From an uncultured Gemmatimonadota bacterium (GTDB lineage Bacteria; ARS69), in assembly GCA_964571855.1 (NCBI GenBank), contig CAZNDO010000017.1, positions 8,393 to 72,392 on the forward strand: 64,000 nt of DNA. Direction: 5' to 3'. The number at the start of each line of letters is the position of its first letter. The stretch's first letter is position 1. The notes under the pieces are model-generated. The model had not been told where the DNA came from and searched no databases. It saw nothing but the letters and a program-made list of their open reading frames with translations. Positions 56,378 to 64,000 of the stretch are shown here, one piece after another. A program made the translations under genes and the position numbers.

Positions 56378-57434
56378 CGTCGGCGGGAACCTCGGGGAAG
56401 GGCGGTTCCCACCCACCGTGCGCGGGCGGTCGAGCGGCCGGGTCCATCGCCGGATTGGCCTCGCCCAGGTGCCACTGCCGCCAGAAGTTCGTGGTCTTGT
56501 CCACGTGGCAGTCGTCGCACCGGGGTGGTCCCTGACGGTTGTTCTCCCGTCGGAGGCGGTAGGCAGGTCCGTTCCAGATCTCCTCCACGTCCTGCTTCAG
56601 GACGGTGCCCAGCGCCTCCCTGGGTGACCACTCGTTGCAGCACGGAAAGACATCGCCGTTGAAGTTGACGGCCATGAACTGCCAGAGGTAGTGGCAGCGT
56701 GATCCGATGTCCCGGTGGATCCGGTGGCCCCCACGCCACGCCGTCCCCACCGGCTTCCACTTCGCCTCGAGCCCCTTCGGAGTGTAGATCTCGATGACCG
56801 AGAAGTCCGCCTCATAGGACTCCGCCAGCGCCTGGGCCGCGGGCACCTCGTGCTCGTTGTACCGGTGCACGATCATCTTCCACGTGATCCGCGGGTTCCG
56901 GGCCTTGCGGGAGCGCTGGACGGCACGAAGCGTGTCCAGGTTCCGGAGGACGGTGGCGAGCTTCCCGCGGCGCCGGAAGATCTCGTACGTGCGCTGCGAA
57001 GCGCCGTCGATGGACAGCTGCAGCCGGTTCAGGTCGGAAGACACGAGCCGCTCGGCAAGGTCGCGGTCGAAGTGCTCCACGGAGAAGTTCGACTGGACGA
57101 GCACGTCGATGCGGCGGCGCCTGGCGAGGGCGATGATGTCGCAGAGATCCGGGTTCAGGAACGGTTCTCCCCACATGGAGAGATTCAGGTGCACGGCCGC
57201 CGGGAATCGGTCCAACACCTCGCGCGCGGCATCGAGCGTGAGGAAGCCGCGGGGGATTCCCGGCTCCCGGAAGGTCGTGGCGCAGAGCGGGCAGCGGAGA
57301 TTGCAGGCGTTGCCCGGCTCCAGGGCGATGGCGAAGGGGCGGCCCATCACGACGGGGTTGCGGAGGAGGCGTTCCTGGAGCTGGACCAGGCGCTTGTTGA
57401 GGAGGCGGAGAGGGTACGGCCACGGGTGCGGCAT
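56316..57434 (-). CDS. Radical SAM / SPASM-domain enzyme (second paralogue)
   Basis: The CxxxCxxC motif is GNACNLRCPLC. The SPASM-like cysteines are CHYLWQFMAVNFNGDVFPCCNEW..PRCDDCH. The start is either the ATG at 57434 or the one at 57347. The 3' end overlaps the convergent transglutaminase-like gene by 62 bp. Confidence 0.75.
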   Translation of the reverse strand: MPHPWPYPLRLLNKRLVQLQERLLRNPVVMGRPFAIALEPGNACNLRCPLCATTFREPGIPRGFLTLDAAREVLDRFPAAVHLNLSMWGEPFLNPDLCDIIALARRRRIDVLVQSNFSVEHFDRDLAERLVSSDLNRLQLSIDGASQRTYEIFRRRGKLATVLRNLDTLRAVQRSRKARNPRITWKMIVHRYNEHEVPAAQALAESYEADFSVIEIYTPKGLEAKWKPVGTAWRGGHRIHRDIGSRCHYLWQFMAVNFNGDVFPCCNEWSPREALGTVLKQDVEEIWNGPAYRLRRENNRQGPPRCDDCHVDKTTNFWRQWHLGEANPAMDPAARPPAHGGWEPPFPEVPADVMTPGGPPVEPRREGLVPRA

Positions 57435-57526
57435 GCGCGGGCGGTCCGGGACTGGGGGTGCAACGCGTGATGTGGGAGGCAGGATACTCGAGCACGCCGA
57501 TGGTTGGAACGCCGGCGTTGACCTCG

Positions 57527-57559
57527 GACCGTGGGGACGGCTGGCGCCCCCACGGTCGC
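57527..57559 (-). terminator. Hairpin with a 10-bp stem GACCGTGGGG/CCCCACGGTC, just downstream of the repeat-protein stop. There is no U-tract.
   Basis: Read directly. Confidence 0.3.
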
Positions 57560-57569
57560 GAGGGGCGAT

Positions 57570-59987
57570 CTACCGCGTCACGAGCATGCTGCGGCTCCGT
57601 TCGAGTCCTGCGGCGGCCACGCGACAGACATAGACGCCGCTCGCAAGGGGGTGCCCGTGCTCATCCACGGCATCGAATCGCACGTCGTGCCAGCCTGCCG
57701 GCTGATCCGTAAGGGTCCGGGTCCACACCCGTCGTCCGCGTACGTCGAACACGGAGAGCACGACGTCCGACGCGCGAGCGAGCCCGAAGCGAAGGGTGGT
57801 CGTTGCCCGGAACGGATTGGGAGCGTTGGGGAGAAGTGCCATGGCGGCTGTCGCGAGCAGGTCCTGTGCGCTCGTGGATCCCGCGACGAAGGCCTCCGGC
57901 GAGGGAGGGCTCTCGTTGCCGTGCACGTCAACGGCAGTCACGACGTAGTGATACGCCACTCCCGGGATGGGACTCGCGTCCACGAAGACGGTGTCTGTCG
58001 TCGCCCCCAGGAAGGACTGGCTATCCGGAACGACCCCTGGTTGCTTCGAGCGATACACCGCGTAGTCCCGGAGGTCGGCCGCGATGGAAGGCACCCAGGC
58101 GAGCCGCACGCCCGCCGGGACGCTCCGCTCCGCCTCGAGCATCGATGGCGCCACAGGCGCCAGATTGTCGACGGAGTAGCCGCTGTCCGGATCCGACGGC
58201 CAGAAGGTCCCGGCGCTCGTCGTGTGCGCAATGACCAGGAAGTAGTGCATGGCCGGCGACGCCGCCGTGGAGTCGCTTCGGGTCTCGACCGTGTAGCTGT
58301 ACGCGGGAAAGTAGATCGCGTCCTGCTCCCCGATCCACTCCCAGTAGAAGTCCCCGCGTGGAGTCGACTGGATCCACGTCGCCGAACCACGGAACCCCTG
58401 GCGGAGATCCGTCGGGTCAACAAGGCGCCCGGTCACCGTGCCCCCCGCACCCGCCTCCACGGGGCGGGTGGCACGCCAGATCGAGTAGTGCTCAATGGCG
58501 CGATCGTCCACGTCCCTCTGGCTCGCCAGCCAATCGAGAGCGACCTTGCCCCCTTCGTCGCCCCGGACATCCGCCGCCAGGTCGATCGTCGGTTCGGGGC
58601 GGCCCCAGTAGCCGTGGCGCGGTTCGATACGCTGCGCGAAGACGTCGCGCGCGACGTTGGATCGACCGTCGTCCCACGCCACGATGGCCCCGCCCGTCCC
58701 GTCCAGGACGATGCTGGGTGTGTGCTGGGCGTAGGGCGCCGCACACACTGACACGTAGGTTGAACCACCGATCCACCCGACTCTCCCCGTGGCGTCCACA
58801 TGGCTGGCGCGGATGTCCGAGGCTCCCGTGGCATCGTACTCCCACGTGACGTAGGCGCCACCCTGGCCATCAGCGACGATCGCAGGCCACATGTCGTAGG
58901 GGTATCCGGTGTCGCTCAGGAGCACTCCCTGGGTCTCCCACTGGGGCACTCCGGACTCGTTAACCCGCTGGACATAGATGTCCGGATACGAGTTCGTGGT
59001 GCGTGTGTCCTCCCACGCGATGATCGCGCCGCCCGCCGCATCGGTCACGGTCACGGGATTCCGCTGATCGTATTGGGCGGAACACACGGCGACCCCATTG
59101 GCGGCCCACTGCGACAGGCCGCTCGCATCGAATCGGTCGCCGTAGATGTCCAGCGGCCCGCTGCGACGGTCCTCCCAGAAGAAGATCGCTCCTCCCACAC
59201 CGTCCGCGAGAACCTGGGGATGCCACTGGTCATTGCTCGCTACGCAGACGGCTACACCGTTCGCCGCCCACATCGGGGAGCCCGCCGCATTGACCCGTCT
59301 CGCATAGACGTCCAGCCCTGATCGGTAGTCCTCCCAGACGACGATCGATCCGCCCGACCCGTCCGGCGCCACCTTCGCGCCCCGCTGCTCGCCACCCGAC
59401 AGGCACACGGCCACGCCGTTGGAAGTCCATGAAGGCACGCCGTCCTGGCCCAATCGTGCAGCGTAGATGTCGGCGTTGCCGCTGCGCGTGTCTTCCCACG
59501 CGAGGAGGAACCCGCTTCCGCCATCTCCAAAGAGCGCCGGGTTCGTCTGCTCTCCGGCAGCTGTACACACCGGAACTCCATCGCTGATCCACATCGGCAC
59601 GCCGTCCCCGCCTAGACGTTGTGCATAGATGTCGTTTGTGCCGTTCCGGTAGTCGTGCCACGCGATCACGGCGCCGCCCGCCCCGTCGGACACGGCCACG
59701 ACGCTATCCTGCTGGTTCGTCGCGAGGCACACGGGCACGCCGTTCGTCGCCCAGAGCGGCTCTCCCAGCGCCGTCACGCGCTGTGCGAAGATGTCCCAGT
59801 GGCTGCCATTGCGGAAGTCTCTCCAGATGACGATCGCGCCTCCGGCCCCGTCACTGACCGACTTCGCGGACTGCTGGTCGCCGGCTGCGCGCCCGAGCCC
59901 CGTCCCGTTGAACACCCATTCCGCATCTGCAACCGTCGTTATCGCGCACGCCACAATCACTGCAATGGCCACTGTCGCCACTCGCAT
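57570..59987 (-). CDS. Secreted repeat protein with at least 8 tandem roughly 50-aa repeats, an Fn3-like region and a FlgD-Ig/T9SS-like C-terminal domain
   Basis: AGGAGAG lies 8 nt upstream of the ATG at 59987. The signal peptide is MRVATVAIAVIVACAITTVADA. The repeat is NGV(P/A)VC.A...Q..P....DGAGGAI.AW.D.R.G..DIYAQR. The C-terminal domain reads LLPNAPNPFRATTTLRFGL..LSVFDVRGRRVWTRTL..HGHPLASGVYVCRV. Confidence 0.75.
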   Translation of the reverse strand: MRVATVAIAVIVACAITTVADAEWVFNGTGLGRAAGDQQSAKSVSDGAGGAIVIWRDFRNGSHWDIFAQRVTALGEPLWATNGVPVCLATNQQDSVVAVSDGAGGAVIAWHDYRNGTNDIYAQRLGGDGVPMWISDGVPVCTAAGEQTNPALFGDGGSGFLLAWEDTRSGNADIYAARLGQDGVPSWTSNGVAVCLSGGEQRGAKVAPDGSGGSIVVWEDYRSGLDVYARRVNAAGSPMWAANGVAVCVASNDQWHPQVLADGVGGAIFFWEDRRSGPLDIYGDRFDASGLSQWAANGVAVCSAQYDQRNPVTVTDAAGGAIIAWEDTRTTNSYPDIYVQRVNESGVPQWETQGVLLSDTGYPYDMWPAIVADGQGGAYVTWEYDATGASDIRASHVDATGRVGWIGGSTYVSVCAAPYAQHTPSIVLDGTGGAIVAWDDGRSNVARDVFAQRIEPRHGYWGRPEPTIDLAADVRGDEGGKVALDWLASQRDVDDRAIEHYSIWRATRPVEAGAGGTVTGRLVDPTDLRQGFRGSATWIQSTPRGDFYWEWIGEQDAIYFPAYSYTVETRSDSTAASPAMHYFLVIAHTTSAGTFWPSDPDSGYSVDNLAPVAPSMLEAERSVPAGVRLAWVPSIAADLRDYAVYRSKQPGVVPDSQSFLGATTDTVFVDASPIPGVAYHYVVTAVDVHGNESPPSPEAFVAGSTSAQDLLATAAMALLPNAPNPFRATTTLRFGLARASDVVLSVFDVRGRRVWTRTLTDQPAGWHDVRFDAVDEHGHPLASGVYVCRVAAAGLERSRSMLVTR

Positions 59988-60095
59988 GGCACACTCTCCT
60001 GTCGGCCCGCCACGGACCACCTGAACGCGTACGTGCGGCGCCAGATTACTTGGGCGTGTCTTCGGGCGCCATGTCTGTCTGCCGAATTCTGATGC

Positions 60096-60109
60096 GCTCA
60101 GTCCTGACA
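60096..60109. promoter_or_regulatory. Perfect 14-bp palindrome CTGACAATTGTCAG in the 126-bp region upstream of the repeat-protein gene
   Basis: Read directly. It is a candidate transcription-factor site. An alternative reading is a short hairpin after the GT4 stop at 60114. Confidence 0.35.
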
Positions 60110-60113
60110 ATTG

Positions 60114-61397
60114 TCAGACCCGCGTACCGGCGACATCTGCGTCCGGAGTCTGCAAGAGCGAGATCTCTTCGAGTGGCGTCTCCGCGGCTCTCGCGGGCAC
60201 TGGGGTCGCCATGGCATCCGCTGGCGCTTCCCGCTCGCGATCGTCTTCCTGGTCTCCTCCCAACAACGCGTGGACGTGCGAGATCGCCTTCGTCCAGTCG
60301 AACCGATGCTGGACCCACTCCCGCCCGGCCGCGCCAAGGCGGGCCCGCCGGGTCCCGTCGGCCAGCAACGCGACGATCGCCTGATCCAGCGGCGACGGCC
60401 CGCTGCAGTCCACGACCATCCCCGTCTCCCCCGCCCGCATCGTCTCCGCCGTCCCCCCCGACGCCCCCGCCACCACCGCCTTCCCGCACGCCTGCGCCTC
60501 CAGGAGCACGATCCCGAAGCCCTCGATGTCCCGCCCGACGGTCCGGTTCGGCAGCACGAAGAGGTCGCACTGCTGGTGGCACCGGAGCAAGGTGTCGTCG
60601 TCCACGTCGCCGAGGAACTGCACGTTCGCGCCCAGTCCCAGGCTCCGCGTGAGCGCCATCAGGCTCTCCCGCTCCTCCCCGTCGCCGACGATCGCGTACA
60701 GCACATCCGGGAACCGCTCCCGGACCTTGGGCAGCGCGCGGATCAGCATGTCGTGGCCCTTGCGCTTCTGGAGGCGGCCGACGGTCAGGATCACCGGGCC
60801 GTCCCAGCCGAGGCGCCAGCGGAGCGCCGGGTCCCGCGGGGCGGGAACGAACCGGGACGCGTCCACGCCCGGGTGCAGCACGTGGAGCTTCCGCGACGGC
60901 ATCCTCCACGTCGCCGCCACGAGGCGCGCCGTGTTCTCGCTGTTGCAGATCAGCCGCTCGGCGCCCGTGAACACGTGGTGGACCATCCAGCTCAGCTCGC
61001 GGCTCGTGGCGGCGGTCTCCGCGTCCTCGCCGTGGACGAAGCAGTCGTACGGCGGGCCTCCGGCGAAGCGGAGCACACGGGCCGCCCATCCCTCGGGAAG
61101 GCAGCGGGCGCAGTGGATCCGGGTCACGTCCTCGCGGCGGACGAGATGGCGGAGCGTGCGCACGGTGCGCTCGTAGTACCGCAGCGCCGAGAGGTTCCGC
61201 AGATCCCAGCGGTCGGAGTGCAGTGGGAAGCGCCGCACGTCGAGGTCGTGCGCGGCGTCGAACGCCTGCTGGTCCGGGTGCGTGCCCACGGCCAGGACGT
61301 ACCGGTCACGCGGCAGTCGGCTGTAGAGGTCGAAGAACCAACGGCCGCTGCCGCCCTTCGCGGGCGGGAAGTTCTCGCTGAGCAACAGGGTCTTCAT
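60114..61397 (-). CDS. Glycosyltransferase family 4 (GT4, RfaB-like)
   Basis: AAGGGGGG lies upstream of the ATG at 61397. The protein starts MKTLLLSENFPPAKGGSGRWFFDLY and has the E-x7-E region EGFGIVLLEAQACGKAVVA. The track ORF 60114..61763 is N-terminally over-extended. Confidence 0.8.
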   Translation of the reverse strand: MKTLLLSENFPPAKGGSGRWFFDLYSRLPRDRYVLAVGTHPDQQAFDAAHDLDVRRFPLHSDRWDLRNLSALRYYERTVRTLRHLVRREDVTRIHCARCLPEGWAARVLRFAGGPPYDCFVHGEDAETAATSRELSWMVHHVFTGAERLICNSENTARLVAATWRMPSRKLHVLHPGVDASRFVPAPRDPALRWRLGWDGPVILTVGRLQKRKGHDMLIRALPKVRERFPDVLYAIVGDGEERESLMALTRSLGLGANVQFLGDVDDDTLLRCHQQCDLFVLPNRTVGRDIEGFGIVLLEAQACGKAVVAGASGGTAETMRAGETGMVVDCSGPSPLDQAIVALLADGTRRARLGAAGREWVQHRFDWTKAISHVHALLGGDQEDDREREAPADAMATPVPARAAETPLEEISLLQTPDADVAGTRV

Positions 61398-61632
61398 GGC
61401 GCCCCCTTGCGGCTGGACGGCGATGAGGAAGCGACGCCGTCCGTAAGTCAGCCGCCGCGCCGGGGGCGCGACCTGCGAGGAGCCGCGACGACCGCCGAGG
61501 CCGGCACCGGGGCCGGACGGGGTCGCCGTGGCTGCGACGGGGGGATCGTGGGGGGGGCGGGCCCTCCACATCAAGCGGATTGTTACCTGGGCCGATGACT
61601 TTCTGCAGTGCGGCGCAAGGCCCGCCGCGGGG

Positions 61633-62202
61633 TCAGGGCCCCGCGACGAGTCGGCTGGCCGGAAGGCGCGACTCCCGCAGCAGGAGGTCGCCGGCGGCCC
61701 GGACCGACCGTCCCTCCAACCCCAGGAGCAGGAACGCCGCATGGGACCGGTACGCGAATCCACGGATCCCTGCCCCGGACAGGGACTCCAGCTTCCCGGC
61801 GAGCTCCTCCGCTTCCCTCCCCCGCTGCAGGCTCTGGTCGAACACGAGCGCCAGCGCGTCCGGCTGGCCGTCGAGGATCCCGTTCACCTCGGCCGCGAAG
61901 ACGTACGCGCAGCCGCGGCGCCCCCGAAGCTCCTGCAGCCGGAGGCCGGTGTCCGGGTCCAGGAACACGTGCCCCTTCCATGCCCGGGCCGGCTCGAAGA
62001 AAGCGTGCCGATCCGTGCGGGGCTCGAGGGCCGCAGTGGACAGCAGCGGAACGCCCAGTAATCGCGAGAACGCCGTCGCATCGTCCGGTGTCACCGGCTC
62101 CGTGAACATCGGGTGCGCCGCCCAGGCGCCCAGCGGAGCAAGCCATCGCAGCAGGCTCTGCTTGACGATGTCGTACGAGTCGCCGAAGTAGCGGACGTGC
62201 AC
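61633..62202 (-). CDS. Hypothetical 189-aa protein immediately downstream of the DUF2075 ATPase gene
   Basis: The in-frame GTG at 62202 lies 11 nt after the upstream stop. The protein starts (M)HVRYFGDSYDIVKQSLLRWLAPLGAWAAHPMFTEP. No family was recognised, and the start is uncertain. Confidence 0.45.
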   Translation of the reverse strand: MHVRYFGDSYDIVKQSLLRWLAPLGAWAAHPMFTEPVTPDDATAFSRLLGVPLLSTAALEPRTDRHAFFEPARAWKGHVFLDPDTGLRLQELRGRRGCAYVFAAEVNGILDGQPDALALVFDQSLQRGREAEELAGKLESLSGAGIRGFAYRSHAAFLLLGLEGRSVRAAGDLLLRESRLPASRLVAGP

Positions 62203-62213
62203 GGCCGTCCCCG

Positions 62214-64000
62214 CTATGCCGGCTTCCAGCCGGTCGCGCGGCGCAGCACTGCATCCGCCAGTTCGTCCCTTTCCGCCGCCTCGGGCAGGTCGGACAGGGA
62301 GCGGCGGATGCTGGCCCGGAGGGCCTCCCGCAGACGGGCGTCCGCCCGCCAGTCCGCGAGGTCCTCGCGCTCCAGGTGGAGGGCCACGTCGTTGACCATG
62401 GCCACGAGCGCCGTCTCCTCGATCCCTGGCGTGCACCGGGCGAAAAGCGGCCACAGCTCGAGGCCAAGCCGCGTGAGTCCCCGCAGGTGCCGCGTGCTGG
62501 CCTCGGGATCGGCCGCCAGCGGACGCGTGGGTGCGTCGCCCCGGAGGGGCTTGGCCCGGTCGGGACGGGACTCCACGCGGCTGCGCACGAACGCCTCGGT
62601 GGCCGGATCGAGGAACGTCACCCAGCAACCCTTCAGGCCACGCGTGAGGAGCACGCGGTAGGTGTTCTTCACGAGGCGGAGGAACTCGTCGTCCCCCTTT
62701 GCCCTGTTGACCTTCGTGTCCTTGCTCGCCGTTCGGTCCCCGATCCACTCTCCGCGGACGGGGTCGTACCGCAGATCCCTGCCGACGATGACGCCCACGT
62801 AGTCGAACTCGAAGCCCTGGGCCGTGTACACGCAGCCGACCTGCCCGAGGCCGTTCGGGTCCGTCGCCCAGAAGTTGGACTTCGGGATGCCCTTCGGCAG
62901 CCTCGTCGTCTCGGATCGGGCGTTCCAGGGACGGCGCCAGTCACCCACCTGCACGTCCTCCACGAGCCTCCCGGCCTTCAGCTCCTTCGCCCACGGCCAG
63001 CAGAACCCGGCCACCAGCCGCGACGGCTCACCTGCGGCATCCCTCTCGCGCACCATGCGATCGAGTTCCTCCACCGAGGGGACGATCCGGAAGTCGAACT
63101 CGTTCGCGTCGTTCCACATGACATGCGGAGTGCGGTGGATTCCGAGCGTGTTGTCCACCCAGCCGATGAACGCCTCGGATCCCTTGCAGCGGAACTGCAC
63201 ATCCAGCTCGAACTCCTTGACCGGCAGCCCGCGCGCCGCGGCCGCGTCCCGGATCAGCTGCGAGCTGCCCACCTCGCCGGGGCGCACGACCTGGATGTCG
63301 TCGAGGAAGAAGACCGGCACGCGGGCTGCGTCGAGCAGCTCGTCCACCTGCCTTCCTGCTGGCCGGCTCGAGCGCTTGTGGAAGCGGTCCCCGCTGGACT
63401 CGCGGATACGATGCGCCTCGTCGCAGATCAGCACGTCGATGGAGCCGGGCGGCGCGCTCTCGAAGCTGTTGAAGTACTTGAAGACGCTCCGCGCGCGTGG
63501 CCCCACCGTTCTCTTCAGGTTCTCCGTGAACGCCTTCGAGCCCGTCGCGTGGAACGTGCTGTAGTCCGTGCGGCCGAGCGCGGCCAGGAGGTTCGCCGCG
63601 ATCACCGACTTCCCCGTCCCGGGGCCGCCGCGAACCAGCACGACCTGCCGCCCGCCGTGGTATCCCTGGCGGACCATGGCCAGGATCGAGTTGAAGACCA
63701 CGAGCTGCTCGTCCAGCAGCGTGTAGGCGCGGTTCCCCTCGATCATCGTGGCCACGTGCTTCATCAGCGCCTTGCTCGGGCGATGCGTGCCGTTCGCCAC
63801 GCGGTCCAGCACGTGCCCGGGATCGCCCCGCCCCACGCGGCGGCGGAGCTGCTCGGCCAGCTCGCCCACCTCCGCGCCGAAGAAGAGCGGCGCGCGGTCC
63901 ACGGCGTCCCGGTAGCGCGGGTCCAGGAGCTCCGCGCCGTCGGATCGCGCCGCGTTGTGCAGATAGGAGCACGCGCCCAGCGCCACCGGGTTCGTCCCCC
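62214..64000 (-). CDS. DUF2075-family (helicase-like P-loop NTPase, Schlafen-helicase-related) protein. The 5' end probably lies beyond the window.
   Basis: Walker A VRGGPGTGKS, Walker B/DEAH-like VLICDEAHRI and a DUF2075-type C-terminal region are present. The M shown at 63986 in the track is probably an internal GTG. Confidence 0.7.
   Translation of the reverse strand, partial: GTNPVALGACSYLHNAARSDGAELLDPRYRDAVDRAPLFFGAEVGELAEQLRRRVGRGDPGHVLDRVANGTHRPSKALMKHVATMIEGNRAYTLLDEQLVVFNSILAMVRQGYHGGRQVVLVRGGPGTGKSVIAANLLAALGRTDYSTFHATGSKAFTENLKRTVGPRARSVFKYFNSFESAPPGSIDVLICDEAHRIRESSGDRFHKRSSRPAGRQVDELLDAARVPVFFLDDIQVVRPGEVGSSQLIRDAAAARGLPVKEFELDVQFRCKGSEAFIGWVDNTLGIHRTPHVMWNDANEFDFRIVPSVEELDRMVRERDAAGEPSRLVAGFCWPWAKELKAGRLVEDVQVGDWRRPWNARSETTRLPKGIPKSNFWATDPNGLGQVGCVYTAQGFEFDYVGVIVGRDLRYDPVRGEWIGDRTASKDTKVNRAKGDDEFLRLVKNTYRVLLTRGLKGCWVTFLDPATEAFVRSRVESRPDRAKPLRGDAPTRPLAADPEASTRHLRGLTRLGLELWPLFARCTPGIEETALVAMVNDVALHLEREDLADWRADARLREALRASIRRSLSDLPEAAERDELADAVLRRATGWKPA

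Noticed and set aside
60046-61089. A 347-aa minus ORF overlapping the GT4 gene
   Set aside because: It is extremely R/G/D-rich and low-complexity and lies in another frame of the well-supported GT4 gene.
62214-63986. M at 63986 as the start of the DUF2075 gene
   Set aside because: The family usually has a longer N-terminus, and the ORF is open to the window edge. The gene is therefore treated as 5'-partial.

Overview
This is a roughly 70 % GC bacterial chromosomal window, and the gene content is consistent with Gemmatimonadota or a similar group. It is an accessory region with no rRNA, tRNA or CRISPR. Most long R/G/P-rich ORFs in the six-frame track are antisense shadow ORFs. Genes were called from recognisable protein motifs in the translations, start-codon and RBS context, and 4-bp stop/start overlaps, and the ORF track shows GTG/TTG/CTG starts as M. 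The window holds 49 supportable CDS. They include three Hanks-type Ser/Thr kinases, two ECF sigma factors, a two-component system, and TetR, ArsR and ROK regulators. A large beta-glucan-type utilisation locus carries a substrate-binding protein, two permeases, two ABC ATPases, GH1, GH16 and a roughly 1050-aa glycosidase, plus lipoproteins with carbohydrate-binding modules. An AbiEi/AbiEii toxin-antitoxin pair and a GIY-YIG gene are inserted in that locus. Six secreted proteins share the same roughly 70-aa C-terminal FlgD-Ig/T9SS-like sorting domain. Two gene sets deserve a second look as possibly undescribed systems. The first is a five-gene, translationally coupled operon: ECF sigma, a transmembrane Ser/Thr kinase, a secreted TPR-CHAT caspase-like protease, a single-pass membrane protein and a signal-less S8 subtilase. 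The second is a cluster of two radical-SAM/SPASM enzymes flanking a transglutaminase-like cysteine-protease-fold protein, next to a low-GC 617-bp gap with small ORFs and a DUF2335 gene. A DUF2075 ATPase paired with a 189-aa protein at the window edge, and a palindromic operator repeated before three carbohydrate genes, are also reported.
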